A stretch of DNA of 64,000 nt from Candidatus Hydrogenedentota bacterium (GTDB lineage Bacteria > Hydrogenedentota > Hydrogenedentia > Hydrogenedentales > JAEUWI01). Under the pieces are notes generated by a model. The model searched no databases. It was not told the DNA's origin and was given only the letters and a program-made list of their open reading frames with translations. The first letter of the stretch is position 1. Each line of letters opens with the position of its first letter. Below, piece after piece: positions 48,543-60,000 of this stretch. A program made the position numbers and the translations under genes. The stretch is from the NCBI GenBank assembly GCA_034669905.1, contig JAXMOL010000006.1, positions 1-64,000 on the forward strand, written 5' to 3'.

Positions 48543-50786
48543 TCAGAGGAGCCCCGTCCGTCGTCGAATAAACCATTCCAGGCCCAACACCAGTACCAGC
48601 GCCGCGAACAAATCACCCCGGTCCCAGGCGTCCTCTGGTTTGGATTCTTCCGTCATGGATTCTTCGTGTTGGGTCAGACGGCCGGGCAGGCTGTCCCAGG
48701 CGTCAAAATCGAGCACGGCACCGCCACTGGTCGCGGCGATTTGGCCCATGAGATCGGGGTCGGCCCCCACGAAGCGGCTCTCGAGGTCGTTGGAGTAGAC
48801 CGAGAACTCCGTGACCAGTTCGCCCTGGCCGTGACCATTGTCCACCAGCGTAGCGGTGAAGGCCCCTTCCCCATCGGGGAAGTAGGTCGCCCGGAAGAGG
48901 CCCGGCGTCTGTTCGCTTTCTGTGGCGTCCACGCGGACCGATTGGCCACCGGGTGTCGTGATGACCACTTCAGGCTGGATGGGGTGGGTCTCCATTTCTT
49001 TGGATTGGATCAGGAGCGCTACCGAGTCGCCGCTGTTGTAGGTATAGCGGTCGGTCTTAAAGGAGATGTTCTGGCCCGGCAGGAAGTCGGAGTCGTAGAC
49101 GAGCCAGCGAATGGTCTGTCCCCAGAAGCGGGCGTAGACCGCATCGTATTTTGCCAGTTCATTTTTCATGAAGGCCCACTGCCAGAGGCCCGAGGAACCC
49201 ACCGTCATGACTTTTCCCTTGCCATAACGTTGATAGGAAATGGCCGCAATCTCTTCGTCGGTGCCGGCACCCACGCCCTTCGCCAGGACGATAGACAGGG
49301 ACTTTTCTTCCTTGACCCGCGTGATGCTGATCATTTCCGGCAGTTCGCGAATGATGAGGTCGGAGGATTGGGCGGGGTCCAGGTTGAAGATGGGGTTGGC
49401 GTTGCCTGCACTGGTGAGCTCAAAGCGGATGTTCTCGAGATTTCCTTCGTCCCAGATGAGGGGCTCCATCTCCGACAGGGTTTCATTGCTGTCCGCATAG
49501 GCCTTGCCCCGCGCGAAAATGAGGCCGCCACCGCGCACCTCCACATACTCCTTCAGCAGCGCAATCTGCGTCGCATCAAAAATCTGTTCCACATCGCGCC
49601 CGAGAATGATGCAGTCATAAGAAAAGAACTCTTCCCGGGTCCGGGGCACCCGCAATCCCGAGCTGCCCGATGGGTCACCCGCCTCGCCTTCCGGCAGGGC
49701 CTGGGTCACGTAGATCATCTTGTCCCGTTGGCTGCTCATGCCGAAGATGGCCGACACTTCGAGATTGGGGTCGGCCTGCAGGGCCCGCAGCAGGAATTTG
49801 CTGTCCCAATAGGGTTCGGCCTCCACCAGCAGGACTTTGGCCCGCTCATCCACAACCTGCACAAAAACGGTGCGCTCGTTGTTGTTCGGATCGGCTTCAC
49901 CGGCCAGGGGATCGACCCGGACCGTGTACCGGTAGGTTCCCCGGGTATCTTCGACAATCGGAAAGGTGAGCTGTTCGGTTCCTTGATTCAGCATGGCCTG
50001 CTGGACACCGACGGACTCTCCGTTTCGGAGCAGTTCGACTTTTCCATACCAGCCGTCAAATCCCTTTTGATGGAGGGCCACGTTGAGTTCGGAAGGCTGA
50101 TCACGAAAAAGGAAGCTCTGGTCAAAGCGGGCGGTCACCACGAGATCCTTGGTCTCATCGGTGGTGCCCACGGTGGTCGTCCAAACGGGAATGCCCGATG
50201 CACGGAGATAGGTGGCTGCCGCCAGGGGATCGCGGCCATTGTTGTCGCGCCCGTCGGAAATGAGCAAGATCCCGGCATGACGAACGCCCGGGGCCTCTTG
50301 TCCAGCGTTCATCAGTGTGGTGGCGATATCGGTGTGGGCACTTTGGTCGGGGTCACTGACGAGTATCTGGTCGAAGGGTGCGCGCCCCAGGGAATCGGAA
50401 AAGAGGGCGAAGCGTACATCGTAGTGATTGCGAAGGGCGAGGAAAAGCTCCCGCTCGGATTCTTCGAGTTGCTCCCGGACCACTTCAAAGCGGGCGCGGC
50501 CCTCCACATCCGTCGTGGCCATACTCCGGGAGCCGTCGACGAGCACGGTAAAGACGGACTTACCGATCTTTGCCGGGGCCGGGGTGATGACCATAGGCCG
50601 CAGCAGGATAAGGGTCATGACGGCGACCACGGCCAGGCGCAGGGCGGTCAGCACCACACGGCTGAAGGCACCGGCTTCGTTGCGGGTGCGGACATAGTTG
50701 GCAACCGTCAGCACGGCCACCACCGCACCGAGCAGGAGGATATAGCCGGCGGAGAAAGGCGGGTCGAAAACGAGGTGGTCCCACAT
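48543..50786 (-). CDS. Membrane protein with vWA and glutamine-amidotransferase-like domains
   Basis: VLVDGSRSM (MIDAS), LISDGRDN, YGKGKV...LWQW, C-terminal LEWFIRRR. Confidence 0.8.
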   Translation of the reverse strand: MWDHLVFDPPFSAGYILLLGAVVAVLTVANYVRTRNEAGAFSRVVLTALRLAVVAVMTLILLRPMVITPAPAKIGKSVFTVLVDGSRSMATTDVEGRARFEVVREQLEESERELFLALRNHYDVRFALFSDSLGRAPFDQILVSDPDQSAHTDIATTLMNAGQEAPGVRHAGILLISDGRDNNGRDPLAAATYLRASGIPVWTTTVGTTDETKDLVVTARFDQSFLFRDQPSELNVALHQKGFDGWYGKVELLRNGESVGVQQAMLNQGTEQLTFPIVEDTRGTYRYTVRVDPLAGEADPNNNERTVFVQVVDERAKVLLVEAEPYWDSKFLLRALQADPNLEVSAIFGMSSQRDKMIYVTQALPEGEAGDPSGSSGLRVPRTREEFFSYDCIILGRDVEQIFDATQIALLKEYVEVRGGGLIFARGKAYADSNETLSEMEPLIWDEGNLENIRFELTSAGNANPIFNLDPAQSSDLIIRELPEMISITRVKEEKSLSIVLAKGVGAGTDEEIAAISYQRYGKGKVMTVGSSGLWQWAFMKNELAKYDAVYARFWGQTIRWLVYDSDFLPGQNISFKTDRYTYNSGDSVALLIQSKEMETHPIQPEVVITTPGGQSVRVDATESEQTPGLFRATYFPDGEGAFTATLVDNGHGQGELVTEFSVYSNDLESRFVGADPDLMGQIAATSGGAVLDFDAWDSLPGRLTQHEESMTEESKPEDAWDRGDLFAALVLVLGLEWFIRRRTGLL

Positions 50787-50788
50787 GG

Positions 50789-52891
50789 CTAGCGCCTCCA
50801 CACGAAGGCGGCGGTCTGTTCCAGGGCCAGGAAGACGAGGGCGGCCGTCAGGAAGAAATACCACAGGGGTACGCCTTCACGGAGCGTCCGTAGGGTGCCC
50901 ACGTCGGAGCCGGTCCGCGCATAAAAGGTCTCGCGGGATCGCTGGGCCAGGGACTCCAATTGTTCGACGGTCAGGGCCTCGAGGTTACTCTCCCGGGCGT
51001 CCACATTGACCGCCATGGCGCCCAGTTTCTGCTCTTGGGTGAAGACGGAATAGAAGCCGGTGGTCGGCGTATCGGGAATGATGACCGAGCCCGTGTGACC
51101 GTTCATATCAAGGACCGCGTTAATGGCCTCACCGGCCGGATTGGTGAAGCGCACGGGGGTGGTGGGGTCCTTCAAGGTAACGGAGGTCGAGCAGGGGAGA
51201 CCCGCCACAAAATCGGGGCCCCGTCCGCCACTGTAACCGAGGGCCTTCAGCATTTCATGGACCAGCGGCAGGAAGACCGTACTCTTCTGCAGGTCGCTGC
51301 CTTCGAGTCCGGGGGAGAAATTGGCCAGCAGGAGGGTGCCAAGGCCCAGGGTCGTCCGTGCCAGGGCGATGCTGTCATTGTCGTATTTCAGCAAGACCTG
51401 CCCCTGAGATTCCTCGCGCCGGGTTTCAAAATAGCTGAAGAAATGGAGCTCGGCCAGCGCGCTCGTATCGCGGAATTTTCGGAGCATAGGCTCTTCATAG
51501 TTGGCGGAGGTGAGCATGGCATAGCCCCCCGATTCCGGTGTGATATAGGCACCGGGCTGGAAGGGGAGCTTGACGCCGTTTTCGGTGTCTTTGGACAGGA
51601 GCGCGAGGTTGTCGCGATCGGCCGGTCCGTCGAGGAAGTAGATGATGCGCCCCCCATTGTGGAGGTAGTCGGTCAAAAGGGCTGCGGTGCTGTCCCGAAG
51701 TGCGGCGGCCTGGCAGAGGATGATGGCGTGGGATTGGGCGGTCACGAAGCGGTCCAGGGCATCGGGGGCCATGACCGTAGGGATGAAGACCGCCCTTTCG
51801 TCTCCAGTGGGGTCGAGGGCTGCACGGAGAAAGCGGTGACTCGCCCCCCGTGCGCTATCGGGGGCATCGGTCAGCAGGGTAATGGGGAAGCGGTCGGAGA
51901 CCTGGACACTGACATGGCGTTGGTCGTCTTCCGGCAGGGCTCCGTCGTCCATGGAAAAGGTGCCCTCATAGAGCCCCGGTGCCCCAAAGCGCACGGGGAA
52001 GCTGGCCGTGGCCGTGCTACCCGCCGCAATCTGGAGCTGCCGTTCCTGGTCTTCTTCACCGTCGCAGGCAAAGCGCAGCGCAATTTGTCGGTCCACGGGC
52101 CCGAAATTACTGATGCTGCAGGACATCTCCGCCATTTCACCGACGGCGGGTGTGGTGGGTCGAATGCCCGCTTCCGTGATGGCGAGATTCGTCGTGTCAT
52201 CCGCGGCGACCGAGACAAAGACCGTCTTAACGCTTTCCGGAATGGCCGAAAAGTCCACTGCCGCCCAGTTGCTTCGCTGGAAGTCCGCAATGAAATGGAG
52301 CTCCAAATCGTGGCCCTTCAACGCGTCGAACTGCTCGAGCGCCAGCGCAATGGCCCCGTCAATATCCGCGCGGGCCGCGGTGGCCTGGGACTCCGCGAGG
52401 AAGCGACGCAATGCCGCACGATTCTGTTGGGGCTGGGGAGTTGCCGCACGGGGGACGGCCCCCGCAAGGATGACGTTGGCGAGATCGCTGGCGGCCAGTT
52501 GTCCCAGGGTGGTTTCGGCGGCCACGGTCGCGCGGGCCAGGGGTGAAATGCCTTGGTGGCTGTAGGCCATGCTGAGCGAGGTGTCTACGAGGAGTAGGAC
52601 GGCCCGCGTGCCTTTGGGCGAGGTGCTCGCGGCGAGGGTGCCCTTGGTAAGCACGGGGCGAAGAAAGGCGGCGAGGAGGAGGAGCACAACCAGGGAGCGC
52701 AGCAGCAAGAGCAGGTAATGGCGAATGCGAAAAAGCCGGGACTGGTTGGCCTGGGCCTTCTGGAGAAAGCGCAGGGTGGGGAAGACGACCAACACGGGCG
52801 TCCGCCGTGTCAGCAGATGAATGGCGAGGGGAATGCCCAGGGCCAGCAGGCCTACGAGCAGAAAAGGATTTATGAGCGTGATGCCACCCAT
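50789..52891 (-). CDS. BatA-domain / vWA membrane protein
   Basis: NPFLLVGLLALGIPLAIHLL...FPTLRFL...LLLLLR...FLRP, VDTSLSM, ADFQ. Confidence 0.88.
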   Translation of the reverse strand: MGGITLINPFLLVGLLALGIPLAIHLLTRRTPVLVVFPTLRFLQKAQANQSRLFRIRHYLLLLLRSLVVLLLLAAFLRPVLTKGTLAASTSPKGTRAVLLLVDTSLSMAYSHQGISPLARATVAAETTLGQLAASDLANVILAGAVPRAATPQPQQNRAALRRFLAESQATAARADIDGAIALALEQFDALKGHDLELHFIADFQRSNWAAVDFSAIPESVKTVFVSVAADDTTNLAITEAGIRPTTPAVGEMAEMSCSISNFGPVDRQIALRFACDGEEDQERQLQIAAGSTATASFPVRFGAPGLYEGTFSMDDGALPEDDQRHVSVQVSDRFPITLLTDAPDSARGASHRFLRAALDPTGDERAVFIPTVMAPDALDRFVTAQSHAIILCQAAALRDSTAALLTDYLHNGGRIIYFLDGPADRDNLALLSKDTENGVKLPFQPGAYITPESGGYAMLTSANYEEPMLRKFRDTSALAELHFFSYFETRREESQGQVLLKYDNDSIALARTTLGLGTLLLANFSPGLEGSDLQKSTVFLPLVHEMLKALGYSGGRGPDFVAGLPCSTSVTLKDPTTPVRFTNPAGEAINAVLDMNGHTGSVIIPDTPTTGFYSVFTQEQKLGAMAVNVDARESNLEALTVEQLESLAQRSRETFYARTGSDVGTLRTLREGVPLWYFFLTAALVFLALEQTAAFVWRR

Positions 52892-52899
52892 GCCGTGTG

Positions 52900-53919
52900 T
52901 TACCCCCGTCCCCGTTGGGCCAGAAAGCGCCCCAATACGTCCTGATAGGGCGTCTCTGTCGTAATAAAGGTGTATGCGATATTGCGCGCCCGACAACGGG
53001 CTTCGATGTCTTTCCGGTAGGCCTCCAGCAGGTCCCCATAAGATTGGGCCACATCGTTGGGCTGACAGATGATTTCGTCCCCGGTTTCGGCGTCGATGAA
53101 GTTGGCGTTGGGCACATCGGGGAGCGTCACCTCCTGGGCATGAAGGAGGTGAAAGACGATGATTTCGAAACCCCGGTGCGTATATTGACGGAGGGCGTTG
53201 AAGATGTCATCGGGCTCATCCAAAAGATCCGATACGATGATGACGACACCCCGCTGTTTCAACAGTCCGAAGGCCTTGCGCAGGGCCACCGCCGTGGCGG
53301 TGCCGCCGCCCGGCTTACAGGTTTCCAAGGAGTTAAGCAGGTTGTAGAGATGGCGTACCGTGCCACCCGGTGGCGTAAAGGAGCGGACGTGTTCATCAAA
53401 GAGCACCATGCCCGTCTTGTCACCCTGTTTGATCAGCACATAGGCCAGGGCTGCGCTCAGGTAGCTGCCATACTCCAGCTTGGTAAAGCCCCCGTCGGGA
53501 AGGGCCGGTTGGTTCACCGTGCCACCAAAGGCCATGGAGGCGCTTACGTCGAGCAAAATGGTGGCCGTGAGGTCCGTCTCTTTTTCGAAGAGCTTGACGA
53601 AGTGGCGGTCCGTTCGCGCGTAGGCTTTCCAATCGATACTCCGCAACTCGTCGCCGGGGTAGTACTGCCGGTAGTCCACGAATTCGGGGGAGGCCCCTTT
53701 GAATCGCGAGCGGTGCCGACCGCTGTAATACCCCTCCACGATGGAGCGTGCCGCGAAGAGCAGATTCTTCATGCCGCGGAGCTCGGCGGGCTTCAGGTAT
53801 TTGAACTCCCTGGGCTTCCGCTCCGGCAAGGGTGGGGGGCCCACCTTACGCCGGCGATTCAGGGCAGCGCGCCCGACTTCGATGCGGTTCTTAATGCTTG
53901 TAAGACGGCTGGTCAACAT
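52900..53919 (-). CDS. DUF58 (vWA-like) protein
   Basis: GRHRSRFKGASPEFVDYRQYYPGDELRSIDWKAYAR, LDVSASM, VSDL. Confidence 0.92.
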   Translation of the reverse strand: MLTSRLTSIKNRIEVGRAALNRRRKVGPPPLPERKPREFKYLKPAELRGMKNLLFAARSIVEGYYSGRHRSRFKGASPEFVDYRQYYPGDELRSIDWKAYARTDRHFVKLFEKETDLTATILLDVSASMAFGGTVNQPALPDGGFTKLEYGSYLSAALAYVLIKQGDKTGMVLFDEHVRSFTPPGGTVRHLYNLLNSLETCKPGGGTATAVALRKAFGLLKQRGVVIIVSDLLDEPDDIFNALRQYTHRGFEIIVFHLLHAQEVTLPDVPNANFIDAETGDEIICQPNDVAQSYGDLLEAYRKDIEARCRARNIAYTFITTETPYQDVLGRFLAQRGRG

Positions 53920-54922
53920 GCTCGAGCACCCATTTCACGATATGCCGCGCGGTCAGATCTTCCCCGGTGGCGTTGTAATTGGGGATGACCCGATGTTGGA
54001 GTACCGGCAAGGCCACCTGTTTGACCTCTTCTGCGGAGGGGGCGGATTTCCCTTTGAGCAGGGCCAGGCACTTGGCGCCCAGAATAAGGTACTGGGAGGC
54101 CCGGGGGCCCGCGCCCCACTCGACATAATTCTTGATGTAGGTGGGTGCGTCGGGCGATTTTGGCCGGGTGGCCCGGGCCAGCCGCACGGCATATTCCGTC
54201 ACGTGGCGGGAGACCGGTACGCGGCGCACAAGGCGCTGGTAGGTCATCACGTCTTCGGGACTGAATATGGGCTGGACGACTGCCGGGTCCCCCGTCGTTG
54301 TTTCTTCGACGATAGCACACTCTTCCTCTTCCGAAGGGTAGCCGATATTGATGCTGAACATGAAGCGGTCCAGCTGGGCCTCGGGAAGGGGGTAGGTGCC
54401 CTCGTGCTCGATGGGATTCTGGGTGGCCACCACAAAGAAGGGCTTGGCCAGTGGATAGGTGGTGCCCGCTGCCGTCACCGTGTATTCCTGCATGGCCTCA
54501 AGCAAGGCGGCCTGGGTCTTGGGCGAGGTGCGGTTAATTTCATCGGCCAGAATGAGGTGCGAAAAGATGGGGCCTTTGACGAAGTGCATTATCCGGTCAC
54601 CGGTCTGGGGATCGGTCTGGAGGATTTCGGTGCCGGTAATGTCCGAGGGCATGAGATCGGGCGTAAACTGAATGCGCTTAAAGTCCCAACCCAGGGCCTG
54701 GGCCAGGGTGCGGACCAGGAGGGTCTTGGCCAGCCCGGGGACCCCAATGATAAGCGTGTGCCCCTGGGCGAACATGGCGGTCAAGAGTTGGAGGATTATC
54801 GTTTCCTGGCCGATAACCACCTTGTGGATTTCAGCCCGGAGGAGGTCAAAACGTTCCTGGAAGGCCTTCGCCTGTTCCAGATCGGCCTCCGTAGAGACCG
54901 CGTCCAGTTGCGGTGACGACAT
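53891..54922 (-). CDS. moxR: MoxR-family AAA+ ATPase
   Basis: GVPGLAKT, RIQFTPDLMPSDITG, LADEINR, ATQNPIEHEGTYPLPEAQLDRF, GAGPRA. Confidence 0.95.
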   Translation of the reverse strand: MSSPQLDAVSTEADLEQAKAFQERFDLLRAEIHKVVIGQETIILQLLTAMFAQGHTLIIGVPGLAKTLLVRTLAQALGWDFKRIQFTPDLMPSDITGTEILQTDPQTGDRIMHFVKGPIFSHLILADEINRTSPKTQAALLEAMQEYTVTAAGTTYPLAKPFFVVATQNPIEHEGTYPLPEAQLDRFMFSINIGYPSEEEECAIVEETTTGDPAVVQPIFSPEDVMTYQRLVRRVPVSRHVTEYAVRLARATRPKSPDAPTYIKNYVEWGAGPRASQYLILGAKCLALLKGKSAPSAEEVKQVALPVLQHRVIPNYNATGEDLTARHIVKWVLEHVDQPSYKH

Positions 54923-55168
54923 TGCTACCCTCCATTCGATATGCGCCAAGATGGCGGTTTCAATAGACGGGACCCCGTGTGTGCCCCTGGTGCATGGAAT
55001 CAATACGCTTTGCGATGCCCTTTTATTCGTTTGCCTGCCGACTTCTCCCTAGCATATAGATAAACGGTGGGATTGGCAAGAACGTTGACCTGTGATGGCA
55101 TGGTGCTGATATGGCACATTGGGGCGTGTGACGATCAACCCGATGGAGGCGCGGTGGTCATCAAGGCG

Positions 55169-55354
55169 CTACTGCTCGAGGGAGCGTGCCTCGCAGTACA
55201 CAATCTCTCCGCCCTCGGCCTCGTATTCGACCTCCAGGGGATTGCAGCAAATCTCGCAGTCGTAGACAAAAGTCTGCGTTCGGACGGAGAGGTCCAGCGG
55301 CACGGCAAAAATCTGCCAGCAGTGGGGACAGGCAATATCGTGGTGGGCTACCAT
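55169..55354 (-). CDS. CPXCG-motif-type small cysteine-rich protein
   Basis: CPHCW...LDLS...YDCEICCNP. GGGAG RBS. Confidence 0.8.
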   Translation of the reverse strand: MVAHHDIACPHCWQIFAVPLDLSVRTQTFVYDCEICCNPLEVEYEAEGGEIVYCEARSLEQ

Positions 55355-55410
55355 GGTGTGCTCCCGAGACAGGTGGAAGGGTGATGCAGGGGATTTAAGG
55401 TCAGGCTACC

Positions 55411-55442
55411 AAAAACGGGGAGGATGTGACCATCCTCCCCGT
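55411..55442 (-). terminator. Intrinsic terminator of the RND operon
   Basis: ACGGGGAGGATG-TGAC-CATCCTCCCCGT with an adjacent A-run on the + strand. Confidence 0.8.
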
Positions 55443-55467
55443 CGGGTACGTTATCGCTTCTGGGATA

Positions 55468-57054
55468 CTATTCGCTAACGGCGATTGCTTCCCCGGTCGT
55501 CTCGATGGCGTCCGGGTCCCAGCCACCTCCCAGCGCCTTGTAGAGGGAAACGAGATTCACGAGGACGATGCTCTCGCTCTGGACCAGTTGGTCTTCGGTG
55601 GTGAAGAGGTCGCGCTGGGCCTGCAGGGCGTTCAGGAACCCTTCCAATCCGCGGGTGTACCGTTCGTTGGCGAGGAAGACGGAGCGCTTGTTGGCGGCTA
55701 CGGCTTCTTCCAGCGTGCCCCGGAGCACTTGCTCCTGGTTGAAGGCCACGAGGGCGTTCTCTACTTCGGCGAGGGCCAGCATGACCGATTGTTCATAGCG
55801 GATAGCGGCCTCTTCCTGACGGGCATTTTGCACTTCGATGTTGGCGCGGATACGTCCGCCCTGGAACAGGGCCCAATTGACGCTGGGGCCTACGCTACCC
55901 AGGATACTGCCCCCTTCGAGGAGGTTGCCCAGGACATTGCTCTGACTGGAAACCCCACCCGACAGGAAAAATTTCGGGTAGAGATCCGACATGGCCACGC
56001 CGATACGGGCATGCTGTGCCGCCAGCTGACGTTCCGCTACCCGGATGTCGGGACGACGGCGAAGCAGCTCCGTGGGGAGTCCCACGGGAACGGCCGCCGG
56101 TGCCGCAGGCAGGGGGGCGACGGGTTCCAGTTCGGCGAGGAGAAGGCCGGGCTCACCGCCGAGCAAGACTCCCAGACGATAGATGGCACTGGCCACCTGT
56201 TGCTCCAGACGGGGCACCTGTCCCTGGAAGGTCGCCAGAAGCGCCTTGGCGCGGACGGCGTCCAATTCACTGCTGATACCCGCGTCAAAGCGGGCGCCGG
56301 TGAGGTTGACGGTTTCGGCCTGGGCGTCAATGTTTGCCTGGGTAATGGCAAGGCGCTGTTGGGCGGCCCGGAGGTCGATATAGTTCAAGGCCACTTCGGC
56401 CACCAGAGAGACCATGACCTGGCGCTCCGCTTCGATGACGGCTTCCAGGTCGGCGTCCGCCGCTTCCACACTGCGACGGTTTCCACCGAAGACATCCAGC
56501 TCCCATGAAGCATCAAAGCCCGAAGTGAAGAGATCCGTGGTGCGACTGGGCGTACCGCCGGTGGGACTGATGGTCAATGCCGTCGTCCCCCCCCCGGGAG
56601 AGGCCGTTTGGGAGACGGTCACATTTTCACCCCGCACGGTAAGGGTGCGGGAAAGGCCCGTGGGTCCGAAGCCGAGCGTGCCAGAGACGGGCGAGCCGGA
56701 ATCGAAGCTTTGCTCCGGTCCGCGGCTACGGGTGGCCGAGGCGTCAAACCCTACACTGGGCAGGAGGCTCGACGCGGCGATGCCCCGGGCAGCCCGGGCT
56801 TCCCGGACCCGCACCCGGGCGATCTGGAGGTCGAAATTGTCCTCCAGGGCGCGGGCGATAAGTCCGTCGAGTACGGGGTCCTGAAACTGGGTCCACCAGG
56901 TGGCAATATTTACCGGGGTGGCCGTAACACTATCGGCCTTTTCCGATGCCCAGTCGTCGGGCGTGGCAATATCCGGGCGGACATAGTCCGGCCCCGTCAT
57001 GCAGCCCGTGGCCAGGAGGCCCAGGGTTGCGGTTGTGGCTATGAGTCGTTTCAT
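55468..57054 (-). CDS. NodT/OprM-family RND outer membrane lipoprotein
   Basis: LATGCMTGPDYVRP, WWTQFQDPVL, SWELDVFG, ELLRRRPDI, LYKALGGGW. Confidence 0.95.
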   Translation of the reverse strand: MKRLIATTATLGLLATGCMTGPDYVRPDIATPDDWASEKADSVTATPVNIATWWTQFQDPVLDGLIARALEDNFDLQIARVRVREARAARGIAASSLLPSVGFDASATRSRGPEQSFDSGSPVSGTLGFGPTGLSRTLTVRGENVTVSQTASPGGGTTALTISPTGGTPSRTTDLFTSGFDASWELDVFGGNRRSVEAADADLEAVIEAERQVMVSLVAEVALNYIDLRAAQQRLAITQANIDAQAETVNLTGARFDAGISSELDAVRAKALLATFQGQVPRLEQQVASAIYRLGVLLGGEPGLLLAELEPVAPLPAAPAAVPVGLPTELLRRRPDIRVAERQLAAQHARIGVAMSDLYPKFFLSGGVSSQSNVLGNLLEGGSILGSVGPSVNWALFQGGRIRANIEVQNARQEEAAIRYEQSVMLALAEVENALVAFNQEQVLRGTLEEAVAANKRSVFLANERYTRGLEGFLNALQAQRDLFTTEDQLVQSESIVLVNLVSLYKALGGGWDPDAIETTGEAIAVSE

Positions 57055-60000
57055 GCATCATTCTCCGTGGCCGGTTTTTCAGACGCGGCTTTCGGTTGAG
57101 AATCAGCCTTCGAAGCGGACGTGTCTGCGGACTTGGGTTCCGCTGTGGTTTTCGGCAGGGCCTTCGTCGGGTCGTGCCCGGAGGGCGTGCCTTCGGCGAG
57201 GGCCGGTTTCCGACGGAACCGGAATTCACTGAGTTGCTGGATGATTACGAAAAAGAGGGGCACGAAAATGATCGCCAGGAAGGTGGCCGCAACCATACCG
57301 CCCAGGATGCCCGTGCCGATGGAGCGCCGACCTTCCGCGCCTGCGCCCGTACTGATGGCGAGGGGCAACACACCCAGCGTGAAGGCCAGGGACGTCATCA
57401 GGATAGGACGGAGTCGCAGGCGGGCCGCTTCCATGGCCGCTTCGACCACGGTCTTTCCGCCTTCGTGTTCCGACGCCGCGAATTCCACCAGAAGGATGGC
57501 GTTCTTCGCGGACAGCCCGATGAGGGTCAGCAATCCGATTTGGAAGTAGATGTCTTTGGGCATGCCCAGGACATAGACGGCACCAATAGCGCCAAAGAGG
57601 CCAAAGGGCACGGCCAGAATGACCGCCAGCGGCAGGGACCACTTTTCATACTGGGCTGCCAGCACCAGGAAGACCAGCACCAACCCGAAGGCGAGCACGT
57701 AGGGGGCCTGGTTGCCGGCTTCCACTTCCTGATAGGAAGCACCACTCCACTCAAAGCCATAACCTGCCGGGAGGTGTTCCGCGGCCAGCTCCTTAATGCG
57801 TTCGATGGAGTCACCCGTGCTGAATCCTGCGGCCGGTGTGCCGGTAATCTGCACACTCGGATAGCTGTTGAAACGGGTCACGACGTTGGGGCCGGATTTA
57901 AATTCAAGATCGAGTACTCCGGAAAGTTCCACCATGTCGCCCATGGAGTTTCGTGCGTAGACCCGGCGGATGTCGTCGGGGCTCTGCCGGAACTCGGGCT
58001 CGGCCTGGACCTGTACCCGGTAAATGCGCCCGAACTTCGTGAAGTCATTCACATAAAGAGCACCGAGATAGGCCTGGAGGCTGTCGAAAATTTCCGTCAT
58101 CGGGAGTCCCATGGCTTTCGCACGGGTACGGTCCACATCCACATAGACCTGGGGCTGTCCGATGTTCAGCACGGAATTCAGATTTTCCAACTGGGGATCA
58201 CTCCCCATGGCCGCCATGAATTCCTGCGACACTTCGGCAAGCTTGCGGATATCGCTGATACCCCGGCTTTCGAGCTGGAGTTCAAAGCCTTCGCGCACAC
58301 CCAGTCCGCGGATGGCGGGCGGATTCAGGGCGAGGATGAGGGCGTCTTTATTGCCGCCGAAGCGGCCGAACATGCGCCCGACGATGTTGTTGACGTGATG
58401 CTCCTCGCCGGGTCGGTCCCTCCAGTTCTTGAGATTGACAAACATGACGGCACCGTTTGTGCTTGGTACGAAGCCGGACAGGAAGTCGATGCCGACCAGG
58501 GCCACCATGTGCTCCACTTCATCCTGTTCTTTCAGGAAGGATTCGATCTCTTTGACGACTTCACCGGTGCGGTTCAGGGCGCTACCCTGGGGCAGCTGAA
58601 CGGCTACAATGAAATAGCCCTGGTCTTCCTGGGGCACGAATCCGCCCGGTACCATCCCGAATAAGGAATAGGCCGCGAAGATGACCCCGGCAAACACGAG
58701 GAGGGTCAGGTAGCGGAGCTTGATGGCTATTCCCACGACGGAGACATAGGCCTGGTTGCCCTTGTTGAAGAACCAGTCGAAGGCGCGGAAGGGCGCCCAC
58801 TTTTCGTGGTTGGCCCGCAGCATAATGCGGCACAGGGCCGGGCTCAGCGTTAGGGCCACGACACCGGAGATGGCCACCGAAACGGCAATCGTGATGGCAA
58901 ACTGTCGGTACATGACACCGGTGAGTCCGCCGAGGAAGGCCACGGGGAGGAACACAGCGAGGAGCACGAGCACACTGGCTACCACGGCCCCGAAGATTTG
59001 CTCCGTGGCCTTGATCGTGGCCTCTCGTCGCGAGAGCTTGCCCTCGTGCATGACGCGCTCGACGTTTTCCACCACGAGGATGGCGTCATCCACCACAATA
59101 CCGATGGCCAACACCAACCCGAAGAGGGTGAGGGTGTTGATAGAGAAGCCAAAGGCCATCATGCCCAGGAAGGTACCGATAATGGAGACCGGCACCGCCA
59201 GCAGGGGGATGAGGGTGGCCCGCCAGCTTCCCAGGAAGACGAATACCACCAGGACCACCAGCAACGCCGCTTCAAGCAACGTCTTGATTACTTCCTCGAT
59301 GGAGGCATTGATAAAGCGGGTCGTGTCAAAGGGGATTTCATAGGTCAGCCCTTCGGGGAAGCCTTGCTTCAAAACCAGGAGCTCTGCCTTGACCGCTTCA
59401 AAAGTTGAGAGGGCGTTGGCACCGGGTTGGAGGTAGACCAGGATAGGGACGGTGGGCTGACCGTTGTATCGGCCAAAGGAGTCATAGCTCAGGGAGGCCA
59501 GCTCGACACGGGCCACATCACCCAGGCGAAGAATGGAACCGTCGGGCTCCGCACGCAGGATGATTTCTTCATAATCTTCGGGTTCCGAAAGGCGCCCTTC
59601 GGTAATGACGGGGATGGTAAAGGCCACTTCGCCGTCGTTGGGTGCGGCACCAATACGTCCCGCCGCGAAAAGGGCATTCTGCTCGCGGATGGCGTTGGCC
59701 ACGTCACTGATAGTGAGGTCTTTGGCCGCGAGTTGGTTGGGGTTAAGCCAAACCCGCATGGAGTAATCCTTGCCACCGAAAACGGTGACGTCACCCACGC
59801 CGGGCACCCGCTTGAGGGCATCGAGCATATAGATGGTGGCGTAATTACTCAGGTAGAGGTCGTCCAGGGTGTCATCGGTCGCGCTCAGCGCAACGACCCC
59901 GAGGATGTTATTGGATCGCTTGCTGACCGAGATGCCCTGGCGGGTCACCTCCTGGGGGAGACGGGGCTCGGCCCGCTTCAGGCGGTTTTGCACCTCCACT

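Noticed and set aside
48666..52546. Long + strand ORFs (708 aa, 528 aa) and similar antisense ORFs over the RND and PCAT genes
   Set aside because: They mirror well-supported minus-strand genes in high-GC DNA and lack domain signatures.
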